64,000 nt of DNA from Microbacteriaceae bacterium (GCA_947453465.1 CANGGL010000001.1:16337-80336); one strand, 5' to 3'. Positions 51,110 through 60,925 are shown, counted from the stretch's first letter. The notes: generated by a model from the sequence alone, not told the origin. Program-made: numbers and translations.

Positions 51110-51139
51110 GGAGCCGAGGTCGACTTCGACCTTGGCTCC
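51110..51139 (-). terminator. Terminator hairpin
   Basis: GGAGCCGAGGTCGA-CT-TCGACCTTGGCTCC just downstream of the secreted-protein gene. Confidence 0.7.
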
Positions 51140-51155
51140 CCCTGTTTATTCGTGG

Positions 51156-51509
51156 TTACTTGGAGCTAGCTTCTTCTGCGTCCTGGTGTCCAGGCTCATT
51201 TGGGTTCGCATCTGCCCCCTGATCTGGACCGTCAGACGCTTCGGTAGCTTCCACCTGATTAGCTCCTTCGGTTGATGACTCTGTTCCCTCTTTTGCATTT
51301 TCGGTAGATCCCGATGCTGCAATGTCTTCGGCGTCGTTGATTTGAAAATCTGCTTGGGAGACTACATCTGGAGCACTGACTGTGCTCGAAGGCGCTGCTG
51401 GCGCAGCAGAAGTGTTCGACGCGGCCATGGCTGCGGAAGTTCCGCCAAATATCCCCGCGGCAACAACGGCACCGATGATGGTTGAAGTCATGTTCTTGCT
51501 GGTTTTCAT
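51156..51509 (-). CDS. Small secreted acidic low-complexity protein
   Basis: AAGGAG RBS; signal peptide ending AMA-A; D/E/S-rich body. Confidence 0.75.
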   Translation of the reverse strand: MKTSKNMTSTIIGAVVAAGIFGGTSAAMAASNTSAAPAAPSSTVSAPDVVSQADFQINDAEDIAASGSTENAKEGTESSTEGANQVEATEASDGPDQGADANPNEPGHQDAEEASSK

Positions 51510-51575
51510 TTGATGCTCCTTTACTCTGGCGGTTGCTTCTTGCTTCCGCTCTAAGCCAAACTTATGAAAGAGGCG

Positions 51576-51659
51576 CTGAGGCCAGCCTGAGAATTGCTGA
51601 GAACCCCCTGGGAATGCTTTCAAGCGCCTCAGCTCAATTTCAGGTCAACGGAATAGGAT
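51576..51659. promoter_or_regulatory. Divergent promoters with CTCAG direct repeats
   Basis: CTGAG at 51576/51587/51597; CTCAG at 51628 and TTCAG at 51639; -10 TAGGAT at 51654. Confidence 0.65.
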
Positions 51660-51665
51660 TATTTC

Positions 51666-53054
51666 GTGAGCCTATTGTCTAAACTTCTTGCAGCCTGGGC
51701 TCGGCGTGGCATTAGGGCAAAATCACTCATCGCTTCAATTGCAGTTATGACAATTGGCCTCAGCATTGGCGGCTCCGCCCTGGTGATCATCCTCGAGCGG
51801 TCACTGACGAACACAGTTATGTCTAACTCGCGGCAGCGAGCTATCGATATCGCGGCTCAGGTAAGTGCCGGTGGCCTGAGAGCGGCTGAGCCAGTTCTGA
51901 ACACAACCCCAAGCGACGGTGTACTCATGCAGGTAATAGGCCCTAACGGATCTGTCCTGCTTGCTTCCGCGGCGATCGACGGTGAGGTAAGTCTGGTTAT
52001 TCCTAAGAATTCCATTGCCTCCCTCCAGCCAAAAACTCAGTTCGTTTCCATTGATTCCATAAAGTATGTTGCTTCTATTCAGCCAGTATTGAATAGGCTC
52101 GACGCTGCTTGGGTGATTGTTGCACAGTCCCTAGGGCCGATAGACGCAACGGTGAAAACTGTGACGCTCATAGTTCTCATAGCTTCTCCCTTTCTGATTT
52201 TTAGCGTTGGACTTGTTGCTTGGAGAGCGTCAGGCAATGCTCTAGTAAGCGTGGCAGCCATAAGATCTCAGGTTGAGTCGATTGGCCACACAAAACTCAC
52301 CGATCGAGTTCCTGTCCCGATCAGCAACGATGAGATTTCTGACTTGGCAAAAACCATGAATAGCATGCTGGAGCGCCTTGAAATCTCAGTCGATGCGCAG
52401 AAACGTTTTGTTGCTGATGTGAGCCACGAACTGAGAAGTCCTTTGGCTTCAATAAAAACAACGCTAGAGGTGGCTCTTAGAAGTGAGAAAACCACAGACT
52501 GGAAGATGGCCCATAAAATTGTGGAAGAAGAAGTCTGCCGGATGTCCCTGCTCGTTGATGACCTTCTCCTACTTGCTAAAGCTGATTCAGGTCAACTCAC
52601 CCCTCAACTGAAGGAAATTGACCTGGACGATCTTTTGGGTCATGAAATAGCTAACTTTAGGAGAACAACACAACTAAAACTCAACCTAGTGACACAGCCC
52701 GTGAAGACCGCAGGAGATTCCTTGAAGCTGTCTCAGGCGATACGGAATATTCTTGATAACGCGAGTAGATATGCCAATAAACAAGTTTGGGTCTCTCTAA
52801 AAGCCGAAGGCGCTAATGTGGAGATCACTATCGAGGACGACGGCCCTGGCGTTACCTTAGAAAATCGACTCAAGGCGGTTGAGCGGTTTGTTCGACTGGA
52901 TCAACATAGATCTAGAGATTATGGAGGAACCGGATTAGGGCTTGCAATTTCCGCTGAAATCATGGCTTCACACAATGGTTCCTTGAGTCTTAGTGATAGC
53001 TTGCACGGAGGCCTTTGCGCAACCTTGGTCTTGCCAATAAAGTCTAAGGCTTAG
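51666..53054 (+). CDS. HAMP sensor histidine kinase
   Basis: DVSHELRSP, NILDNA, DDGPG, GTGLGLAI. Confidence 0.95.
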   Translation: MSLLSKLLAAWARRGIRAKSLIASIAVMTIGLSIGGSALVIILERSLTNTVMSNSRQRAIDIAAQVSAGGLRAAEPVLNTTPSDGVLMQVIGPNGSVLLASAAIDGEVSLVIPKNSIASLQPKTQFVSIDSIKYVASIQPVLNRLDAAWVIVAQSLGPIDATVKTVTLIVLIASPFLIFSVGLVAWRASGNALVSVAAIRSQVESIGHTKLTDRVPVPISNDEISDLAKTMNSMLERLEISVDAQKRFVADVSHELRSPLASIKTTLEVALRSEKTTDWKMAHKIVEEEVCRMSLLVDDLLLLAKADSGQLTPQLKEIDLDDLLGHEIANFRRTTQLKLNLVTQPVKTAGDSLKLSQAIRNILDNASRYANKQVWVSLKAEGANVEITIEDDGPGVTLENRLKAVERFVRLDQHRSRDYGGTGLGLAISAEIMASHNGSLSLSDSLHGGLCATLVLPIKSKA

Positions 53055-53739
53055 CCACTTTCCCAATAATGTCACTGTCAAGACGGTAGCCGAAGCCCCT
53101 AATTGTCTGTAGAGACTGACGCCCAAATGGGACGTCAATTTTCTTTCTCAGATAGCCCACGTAAACCTCAACGACGTTTAGTGGCCCATCGAAATTTGAA
53201 TCCCACACGTGCTCAATCAGTTCGGTTTTTTTCATAACCCTGTCTTTATTGCGCATGAAATACTCCAAGAGCGCAAACTCACGTGCAGTTAGAACTATCT
53301 CTTGCTCGCCACGGAAGGTTTTTTGGTTAAAAGGGTCCAGCTTCAAATCCCCCGCTTCAAGAATTGCTGAAGTGTCGTTACCGGCTCTGCGGAGTAGGGC
53401 TCGAATTCGAGCAACCAAGACAACGTAGCTGAAAGGCTTCGTTAGATAGTCATCGGCCCCCATTTCAAATGCATCGGCTTGATCGTATTCACCATCTTTT
53501 GCTGTCAACATAAGGACGGGCGTCCAAATACTAAGCCCGCGAATCCGCTCAAGAATCTTGTATCCATTGAGTTTAGGCAGCATCAGATCTAGAACTATAA
53601 GGTCATAGTTGTTCTCTAATGCTGCCCAAAGCCCCTCTTCACCATCGTGTGCAACATCGACGGCAAATCCTTCAGAAGTCAGGCCAAGTTTGATAGATGA
53701 AGCCAAGTTGACCTCATCGTCCACAACGAGAATTCTCAT
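53044..53739 (-). CDS. OmpR-family response regulator
   Basis: VVDDE, DLMLP, DDYLTKPF, VEVYVGYLRKK. Confidence 0.95.
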   Translation of the reverse strand: MRILVVDDEVNLASSIKLGLTSEGFAVDVAHDGEEGLWAALENNYDLIVLDLMLPKLNGYKILERIRGLSIWTPVLMLTAKDGEYDQADAFEMGADDYLTKPFSYVVLVARIRALLRRAGNDTSAILEAGDLKLDPFNQKTFRGEQEIVLTAREFALLEYFMRNKDRVMKKTELIEHVWDSNFDGPLNVVEVYVGYLRKKIDVPFGRQSLQTIRGFGYRLDSDIIGKVAKP

Positions 53740-53765
53740 TTTAGGCCGCCCCCTTCTGAATAGGC

Positions 53766-54338
53766 CTAATCTACCTTTTCGGCCGTACCTGCGCTCTTAC
53801 TTGCTAAAGTCTGCGCAATTTTGGCACCAGCGGCACTGACCAAAATCATAAAGTCGACCTTATTTTTTGAACTGCGATAAATACTGAATTGATTTTCAGG
53901 GTAGTGTCCTGCACCTGTCTGATTATCAAAGTAGACAACGCCTTGCGCACCTGAAGCGAGACTGAACCCGTGTAGTTTCTGGTAGTATGCCTCCTGGGCC
54001 CCGGTGGCCGAATCAGTCATTTCGTAATAAACCTCAAAACCGTCAAGTGGCTTGGATCCGGTGTTCTTCAAGGTGAGCATTAGGCGATCGTTAATAGCTT
54101 GTTTTGTGACCGGGTCAACTAGATCCTGAACCCCTGCGGTCACGATTGTTAAGTCAGCATTAGTCGCTGCGTTCTTGATCGGGTTGCTAGTTACAGGAAG
54201 TACGACGGTGGCATTTGTGCTTGACGAACTCGAATTGCTCGGTGCAGCCGTGGGTGCACCTGACGCACTGCAGCCCGCCAAAGTGATCGCCGACACTAGA
54301 GCGAATCCCGAGAGTACAATCAACTTTTTCAGTTTCAT
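53766..54338 (-). CDS. Lipoprotein of unknown function
   Basis: Lipobox LAGC, Ser-rich linker, beta-rich domain. Confidence 0.8.
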   Translation of the reverse strand: MKLKKLIVLSGFALVSAITLAGCSASGAPTAAPSNSSSSSTNATVVLPVTSNPIKNAATNADLTIVTAGVQDLVDPVTKQAINDRLMLTLKNTGSKPLDGFEVYYEMTDSATGAQEAYYQKLHGFSLASGAQGVVYFDNQTGAGHYPENQFSIYRSSKNKVDFMILVSAAGAKIAQTLASKSAGTAEKVD

Positions 54339-55306
54339 TTTGATGTCCTTAGTAGTGTTTTAGGTTTTGTTGTGAACAGGCTTATTACAAGAGTTCCAAT
54401 TGCAAAGAGCCAAAGCGCAAGTGCGTTTATAAATACACCGGCCCAGACTGTGCCAATTGGTTGTTGGTTGTATTGATCTTTGATTCCAAGGAATGCAAAG
54501 GTATAACGTTCGAAGTGCTTTGTAACGGAGGATATTTCGAGGGCGTCTCGTGCACTGTTGTATCCAGTGAAATTTGCAAGAACAGCAGTTTCATCTGGTT
54601 TTGCGATCTGTAAAGACTTGAATAGGCCACCTGGAACTTGATTGTCTGGGTCCATAGTGTCGCCGACTTGTGGAATCACCAGCACAACCAGAAGCCACAA
54701 AACGATGGAGACAATGAGCGCTGTAGTGAGTTTTTTACTTGTTGAAGCGATCGAGACGGCAACGGCAGTCCAAACTAGAAGATAAATCCATGCTCCTAGG
54801 ATCGTTAGGAGTAAACGTCCAACGTCGGTGGCAGACAGCTGTGCATGGCCGGCGATTACTGCAGTCAACATGGTCGCCAAAACCACAATGGATACGAACG
54901 CTAGCCAAACTAGGGCAAGCGCTCCAAGTTTTCCTAAAACTAGGGTGAAATTTCCAATTGGCCTCGTGAATAGCAACGACAGCGTACCTCGCTGTTTCTC
55001 TTTAGCAATTGCAGCGTAGCCCAGGATGATTGCGAAGAGTGCCCCGAGTATTTCCAGGTACTCGATTGCTGCACGCATTAGGTGCAAAGGGAACAGCTGA
55101 GGAGCAGTCGCAGGATTCGTTATTCCACTGGCAGCGAGCGCATCGGTGTAGGTCTTATACGCATCTGCCTTCACGCCAAAATCAATGGAAGCGACAACTA
55201 CTGAAACAATCGCCGCAATCAAAAAGAAACCCAGTAAAGAAAGCATGAGCTTGCTTCGACGGATATCCAGAATTTCCATTCGGGCAACTGAGAAAATTTT
55301 ATTCAC
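54335..55306 (-). CDS. ABC-2-type permease
   Basis: AIAKEKQRGTLSLLFTRP...LGK; multiple TM segments. Confidence 0.9.
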   Translation of the reverse strand: MNKIFSVARMEILDIRRSKLMLSLLGFFLIAAIVSVVVASIDFGVKADAYKTYTDALAASGITNPATAPQLFPLHLMRAAIEYLEILGALFAIILGYAAIAKEKQRGTLSLLFTRPIGNFTLVLGKLGALALVWLAFVSIVVLATMLTAVIAGHAQLSATDVGRLLLTILGAWIYLLVWTAVAVSIASTSKKLTTALIVSIVLWLLVVLVIPQVGDTMDPDNQVPGGLFKSLQIAKPDETAVLANFTGYNSARDALEISSVTKHFERYTFAFLGIKDQYNQQPIGTVWAGVFINALALWLFAIGTLVISLFTTKPKTLLRTSK

Positions 55307-56198
55307 TTAGTACTCCTCGGATGCTGGTTCGCTTGACCATTGAAATCAAGAACGATGTCAAGACAGCAAAGCCTAAAATGCTGATAATAGCTTTTGAGAA
55401 ATCTCCGGAGATATCTGGGTCGTTAAGTATCTTCCCGCTGGCAACTTTGAACTGCTCTGAAACAGCGAATGGGCCAATGAAAAAGTTCAACGCACCAAAT
55501 GGCCCGCCCGAAGTGGGTGGAAGGGGTACCGGATTTAGTAAGGCGACTGGTCTCGCGGCCGTTCCTATCTGTGGAATCACAAAAGTTACAAATGCCCAGA
55601 AGCTGATCGGCAACAACAGGGCACTTGTTTCGCGCTTACTGAGTAATCCAGCAAACATGCCGATTGCTGCGAAGCCTGACAGTAGGGGTAGCGCAAGCAG
55701 AAAAAAGACTGCCAGCCTTGCGTAGTCACTCGCAGGCAGTGCCGCACCGAAGATAATTGAGATTACGACCGCAGCGATAACACCCACTAGGAATAGGGAA
55801 AGTGAAAGCCAAATTGTGATCCCGATTAATTTTCCATATATATATGCGGATCGAGAAGTTGGCCTAGAAAGTATGAGGTCTATCGTCGCCGCTTTTCTGT
55901 CTCTTAGCGCAGAGGACACACCGGCAATAATTGCCATCAACGTTCCAACAAGGATTATATAAATTATTGAATTTCGTGCGTAATAAAGTGGAGACAAACT
56001 TGCGAACGGATTAGGCGCAGATGTCAATCCGGCTTCACGAGTCCTGATCCAAACATCACTCACCGTGGTTTTGGTCAAGAATCCGATCAAGCTCGAGACC
56101 GAAATCATGGACACAAATACCGTAAAAAGCATAAGTGGGAGCCGTTCTCTGGAAAGCGCCAAAAGCTCCTGACGAATAATCGCCTTCATTGGGGACAT
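55299..56198 (-). CDS. ABC-2-type permease
   Basis: DRKAATIDLILSRP...YGK; multiple TM segments. Confidence 0.88.
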   Translation of the reverse strand: MSPMKAIIRQELLALSRERLPLMLFTVFVSMISVSSLIGFLTKTTVSDVWIRTREAGLTSAPNPFASLSPLYYARNSIIYIILVGTLMAIIAGVSSALRDRKAATIDLILSRPTSRSAYIYGKLIGITIWLSLSLFLVGVIAAVVISIIFGAALPASDYARLAVFFLLALPLLSGFAAIGMFAGLLSKRETSALLLPISFWAFVTFVIPQIGTAARPVALLNPVPLPPTSGGPFGALNFFIGPFAVSEQFKVASGKILNDPDISGDFSKAIISILGFAVLTSFLISMVKRTSIRGVLSE

Positions 56199-56200
56199 TC

Positions 56201-56932
56201 CTAATCAGCCGTTTCAATCGACAGGTAAATATCTTCCAGCGAATCTTGGTCTGGGAATTCGGCAAGCGTTGAGTTCATGGAATTTTGATAGGCCAACTTC
56301 CCGCCTTTCAAAATTCCAATGCTGGAGCAAGTCTTCGTTACCTCGGAAAGAAGATGAGTATTCATGAAGATAGTGACACCCAGGTCAGCATTCAGACGGA
56401 TGATGACGTCGCGAAGTTGACGCACACCCTCAGGGTCAAGTCCAGAGGTTGGCTCATCGAGAAATAACACTGATGGGTTGTGCAGGATTGCTTGCGCAAT
56501 ACCTACTCGCTGGCGCATGCCCTTGCTAAAGGTTCCAATGCTCTTGTTGTAGTGGCTGTTGAAGTTCAGGTAATCCAAAACTTCCTTGATCCTTGCCTCT
56601 GGTTTTTTCAAGCCGGAGAGATTCGCAAAGAATCGAAGGTTCTCCATGGTGGTCATATTGTTGTAAAGTTGGACGTTCTCCGGAAGGTAACCAATTAGCT
56701 TGCGGATATCTTTCGCACTCTTTGAGCTGTCTACGCCTTCAATCTCAACCGTTCCTGACGTTGGTACAAGAAGTGTAGTGAGCAGATTGACCGTAGTTGT
56801 CTTGCCAGCACCATTGTGGCCCAGCAGGCCAAAAATTTCACCCTGGCGAACACTTAGGTTTAAGTTTTCGAGGGCAACGACGTCTTTATATGACTTCGTG
56901 AGATCCTTTGTGACGATTGCAAATTCATTCAT
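56201..56932 (-). CDS. ABC transporter ATP-binding protein
   Basis: GHNGAGKTT, FSKGMRQR, LDEPTSGLDP; leaderless start MNEF. Confidence 0.93.
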   Translation of the reverse strand: MNEFAIVTKDLTKSYKDVVALENLNLSVRQGEIFGLLGHNGAGKTTTVNLLTTLLVPTSGTVEIEGVDSSKSAKDIRKLIGYLPENVQLYNNMTTMENLRFFANLSGLKKPEARIKEVLDYLNFNSHYNKSIGTFSKGMRQRVGIAQAILHNPSVLFLDEPTSGLDPEGVRQLRDVIIRLNADLGVTIFMNTHLLSEVTKTCSSIGILKGGKLAYQNSMNSTLAEFPDQDSLEDIYLSIETAD

Positions 56933-56938
56933 GGTGTC

Positions 56939-56971
56939 ACAATACGGGCGTGTACCTGAGAGGACGCTGAG
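56939..56971 (-). promoter_or_regulatory. ABC-operon promoter with CTCAG-N6-CTCAG
   Basis: CTGAG at 56956 and 56967; -10 TATTGT 6 nt before ATG. Confidence 0.65.
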
Positions 56972-57817
56972 ACGGCAAATTGATTTCTCAGTGAAAACGT
57001 AGAGCGACTTCATCGGGCTAACGTATGAACATCACTGGCAACGTGCTTCCCTTGAAAGCCCAGGCATTTACCTAATCTTTTGGGTCTACCTGGTGCTTGC
57101 AACGACCGTTGGCGAAAGATTAGGGGTTTCATGAAAGACTCACGAAATTCCAAGCATGTAGTCCAACAGATGTTGGCCAAAAACTCGAGTCGACTATCCC
57201 GATGTTTATTTGCTAACTGGCGATTATTGCTTAGGTCTTAAACCCGAGAATGACAACGAGAGAGCTGATCAAAACTAACTAGAGAGAACATTAGGAGTAA
57301 AAAACTCGGCTCTCGTGAGAAGAAAGCGGGAATTCCTGCGCACGATTACCGGCAATTGTTGGGGCGCCAGTTCAAACACTCCCCTATTTATATATAAAGC
57401 CACAGGAGCCACCTAGAGGCACTTAGGCGCTTCCGATGAGAAAGAGTCCATCTTGTGCCTAAAGGGCTTCTAGATATATCCTGAGGCCGTCCAGATATGG
57501 CCGCGCTTTTTAACCTGGTTTTGGACAAATTGGACAAGCAGGTGGAGTACGCCAATTAATCTGTATATCGGTTTTCGCCCACTAAAAACTTTTGCAAGTT
57601 CCCGAGTGTTACTTGATCACTCTTTCTCAGGCAGGCTCCAGGTTACTTGCACCGACTCCGGAGATGTACCTATTTTGCAATTGAATTTGTGCTGACAACT
57701 GCCGCTCACCCTGTGCCTGAGTCCACCTGAAAATCATTGTTGCCTTTTGCATAAACAAGGAGGGTTTTCGAGCACAGAGTGAGCGGGAGTATTTGTCTTC
57801 AAAGCGACTGTCATGCG

Positions 57818-58324
57818 CTAGAGGGTGATACTGCCCCAGTCACGGTCAACCGTCATGTCTCCTTTATTGATTATTGAGTCCAATGCTTTCTGACCCTGGT
57901 TTGTGGCAGTTGAAACGATGAACATCATCTTCGTATTGAAACCGACGAGGTGCTTGATCCCGCTAAACAGGTAATTGGCAACTATGTGTGCTGCTGGGGT
58001 GCCGGGCATCGTGCGCTTCCAGTAATTCGGTTGAGAAGAATTCGCCTTATACCCACGAGCGTTGAGTTCATCAACCGAGGCTAAATCGCGATAACCATTT
58101 CCAGCAAAGAGGATTATGTCTACCTCGCCTGGGCTATAGCGTGTCTGCGTAATTCGAGCTTCAAGGATAAGTTCGTAGCCAGCTTCGGACTTTAGTAAAA
58201 ATCGTGTACTGAAGCTTAAGCCTGTTGCAATTAGTTCGGTAAACATTTCCAGAAATCGCATTTCTTCTGGCGTCTCGAATTTATCTATTGGCAGCCATGC
58301 TTTCGGTACTTTTTTTTCGGTCAT
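57818..58324 (-). CDS. Hypothetical protein at the end of the replication operon
   Basis: Abuts the helicase gene; weak resemblance to TY-Chap (T3SS/YbjN-like chaperone) domains. Confidence 0.65.
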   Translation of the reverse strand: MTEKKVPKAWLPIDKFETPEEMRFLEMFTELIATGLSFSTRFLLKSEAGYELILEARITQTRYSPGEVDIILFAGNGYRDLASVDELNARGYKANSSQPNYWKRTMPGTPAAHIVANYLFSGIKHLVGFNTKMMFIVSTATNQGQKALDSIINKGDMTVDRDWGSITL

Positions 58325-58325
58325 T

Positions 58326-59627
58326 TTATTCTTCTTTCTTGTTTGTTTTTTCTTTGATAATCGAGTCCAAGGCGGGCTCGATTAGATCTCTGTCGCGGCC
58401 AGAAATTTGTCCTGTTAAGGCACCTAGGGCCTTAAGATTTACTTCGTCTGTGCGCGGACGGGTGAGGTCATATCCACACTTGGCAGCGTGATTCTTGAGG
58501 TTCTTCGCAACGCGTTCGACTGCATACTGGTACTTCGATTCGTCAGAGGCACCGAGCTTGACACCCAGGATTGTTCCCGCCTTCCCTGCCTCAGTGCGGG
58601 CAGCGATGCCGAGAGTTTTTTTGATTCCGGCATCAATCGAATTCGAGTGCTCAATTAAGTGGCCCGCTAGGTGCCAGTCATCGAGTACCAGATAATCGCG
58701 ACCTTCCAAGGCAGCTAGTACGCATGCTGTCTTTGCTCGCGTCAGGAGCGTGTGTGAGCGGCCGTGTTCACGCAAGCCTTCGTTGGCAAGAAAGTCCTCT
58801 TCTGCGTGCGCGGCTTCCATTTCTGGCAGGGCACGGAACTGCGGAGGCATGCTGTCACCGCGGCGTCCATAGTGTGGCATCGTGTAAGGCGATGGCATTG
58901 GAACTGAAGATACGGCTTCATAGTCTGCACGTGCGTTCGGATTGCTGGCGTCTAAGTTGAGAAGGCGACTTGGCATGCCAGATGCCATTGAGGCATCGCT
59001 TCGGAATGGATCATTCTCTGGTTGGGCATTGAATACTGTGATGGCGCGGTACTGTCCCGCAGGCACTTCTTTGCCTTTACCTCCGGCCAAAGTTCGACCA
59101 AGGTGGTCGCCTGAGTACATGCTGAGGTAAGTGGCTTCCAACGTGCTGGAGTTCTGCTGAGCCTTCCCCTTGTGGAAGGAAATCTCATCGTTGTAAAAGA
59201 TGCGGCAGTGATTAGGGTTTACCCACTCTTCCGTCCAAACATCCTTGCCTTCTTCGTTAATTTGTTTTACACGCACGTAAAAGGAGTCGGGAATAGCTTC
59301 ACCTGAACCTGCCTGCACAGGCGAAGGGCAACTCAAACCGAGGTCTTGGAAAACGAAGTTATCTTGGGCAACTTTTCTAGCCGCTGATTTTCCACCGCCC
59401 GTCGCAGCGCTCATTAGGAAGAGCATGTTCAAGGAAGCTTTTCCTACTTCAGTCACGTAAGTCGTCTCATAGCTGATTCGGGTTAGCATCCAAACCATGA
59501 GCCAGCCCAGGATTGCGTGGGGAGACTTTCGAGTTTTACTGGCAATTAGCTTGATTCGCATCAGAAGTGGACGGGCATTCCAAAATGCTTCTTCTGTGAA
59601 GATCTTGTCGGGTGTTAGTTCTTTCAC
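58326..59627 (-). CDS. P-loop NTPase, putative replicative helicase (DUF3987/YfjI-like)
   Basis: Walker A AATGGGKS, GSGE, Walker B FYNDE, AQP, GMPSR; ATGA overlap with prim-pol. Confidence 0.75.
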   Translation of the reverse strand: MKELTPDKIFTEEAFWNARPLLMRIKLIASKTRKSPHAILGWLMVWMLTRISYETTYVTEVGKASLNMLFLMSAATGGGKSAARKVAQDNFVFQDLGLSCPSPVQAGSGEAIPDSFYVRVKQINEEGKDVWTEEWVNPNHCRIFYNDEISFHKGKAQQNSSTLEATYLSMYSGDHLGRTLAGGKGKEVPAGQYRAITVFNAQPENDPFRSDASMASGMPSRLLNLDASNPNARADYEAVSSVPMPSPYTMPHYGRRGDSMPPQFRALPEMEAAHAEEDFLANEGLREHGRSHTLLTRAKTACVLAALEGRDYLVLDDWHLAGHLIEHSNSIDAGIKKTLGIAARTEAGKAGTILGVKLGASDESKYQYAVERVAKNLKNHAAKCGYDLTRPRTDEVNLKALGALTGQISGRDRDLIEPALDSIIKEKTNKKEE

Positions 59628-60586
59628 GCGTTGAATTCCTTTCCTGCTACGTACTTGATTGCGTTTGTTAGTTCTGTCATTGGGTCACTTTCGTTTGTGT
59701 GCTTTAGATAGGTTTCGACGATGAGATCGAATACTCGGCGAGCGCCGAGTTCTGCGCGTTTGAACTGGAGGTGGTTGAGCTTGCCCAGAAGTGAAAGCAG
59801 TTCGTCGTGTCCGACGTGAGCTGTCGGGCGTTCGTCAACTTGAATCCAAAACAACTGCATCTCGAATGACAGGTCAGAGTCGTCCAACGCGTCAACCCAG
59901 TCCTCAGCTGACCCTGCATACGGCTGGTGATTTGAGGTACCAGCTAGGTGTGCCACATTTTTCATTCGCTTCTTGGCGTTGTTTCGCGAAGTGAGTAATG
60001 GTTCGTACCACTCGGCAGGCAAGTCAGATAAATCATCTGGTCTTGGTGGGCCACATTCGTTACCGGAGGGGTCGTACCACTTGTAGAGTCCACCTGTGTC
60101 AGGGTGAGTAGACGGCCAAACGCACGCGTATCGGTGGTGGTTCTGAATCAGCTCCACGTCCTGGTAAGGCTGTGTCTCAAATTCGATGCCAGCTTCAACT
60201 TTGTAAAAGAGAATTCGAGAGTGTTGCAGGGGGCCCCTCGAAGTCGAAGAGTAGGTAGGTGGCAGATCACCGATTCGAAGAATGTCCTCTAGAAGGTAGT
60301 CATAACCTCTCTTAAGTTCCCAGGTGCCGTCTTTACGCTTCTTCCAGTAGTGGTCAACATCGATACCGATTATGCCTATTGGCATTTTTAGCAGGCAGTT
60401 ACGTTCAGGAAAGTTTTCTTCCCAGGAGTCCATTTGCTCTGAGGTTGCGGTGTTACCGCGGCCGAAGACTTTGGAAATTACTTCTGCTGGTTTCTTTGAA
60501 TCAGGCGCAGGCTTTGAGGGGACTACTACGTCCCAACCCAGCGAGCGATAGTGGCGCGAGGCTTCTTTGTAATCAGTCATTTGCAT
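59624..60586 (-). CDS. Bifunctional primase-polymerase (prim-pol, AEP)
   Basis: Y..LGW.VVP, IGIDVD, LPPT, ACVWPSTHPDTGGLYKW, LPAEW. Confidence 0.88.
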   Translation of the reverse strand: MQMTDYKEASRHYRSLGWDVVVPSKPAPDSKKPAEVISKVFGRGNTATSEQMDSWEENFPERNCLLKMPIGIIGIDVDHYWKKRKDGTWELKRGYDYLLEDILRIGDLPPTYSSTSRGPLQHSRILFYKVEAGIEFETQPYQDVELIQNHHRYACVWPSTHPDTGGLYKWYDPSGNECGPPRPDDLSDLPAEWYEPLLTSRNNAKKRMKNVAHLAGTSNHQPYAGSAEDWVDALDDSDLSFEMQLFWIQVDERPTAHVGHDELLSLLGKLNHLQFKRAELGARRVFDLIVETYLKHTNESDPMTELTNAIKYVAGKEFNA

Positions 60587-60597
60587 CTTCCGTGTCT

Positions 60598-60740
60598 TTT
60601 GGCCGTTTGGCCGTTTGGCCTAACGTTGCGTTCGTTCGTGTGCTGGCGCCGAAAAAGGTAAAAAGAAAGAATATTTTTCTTACTCTTTAGGGTGCGTTTG
60701 CGCGTCCCTGGCCAGCGTCCAAAGTGGCCAAATGGCCAAA
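60598..60740. repeat. Putative replication origin: inverted iterons around an AT-rich core
   Basis: TTTGGCC x3 (60598/60606/60614) facing GGCCAAA x2 (60726/60734); A/T tract at about 60652-60689. Confidence 0.7.
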
Positions 60741-60925
60741 ACTCGTTGCTGGTGACTTTTTTCCGGTGAAAAATTGAGCCCGTCCACAAGCCAGAGCTGT
60801 CGAACGGGGAGCACGCGGGCAGCTGTATAGGGAATGCCGCGGTTAAACTGTCCATGTCGGACCTTTCTTTTCATAGGGTTTGGTTTCTGGCATTGGACGC
60901 TCGGGGTGCAACCCGGGCGTTCTTT

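Noticed and set aside
60577-60874. Short ORFs between xis and prim-pol
   Set aside because: No recognisable motifs, and they run through the iteron/AT-rich region; a small real gene cannot be fully excluded.
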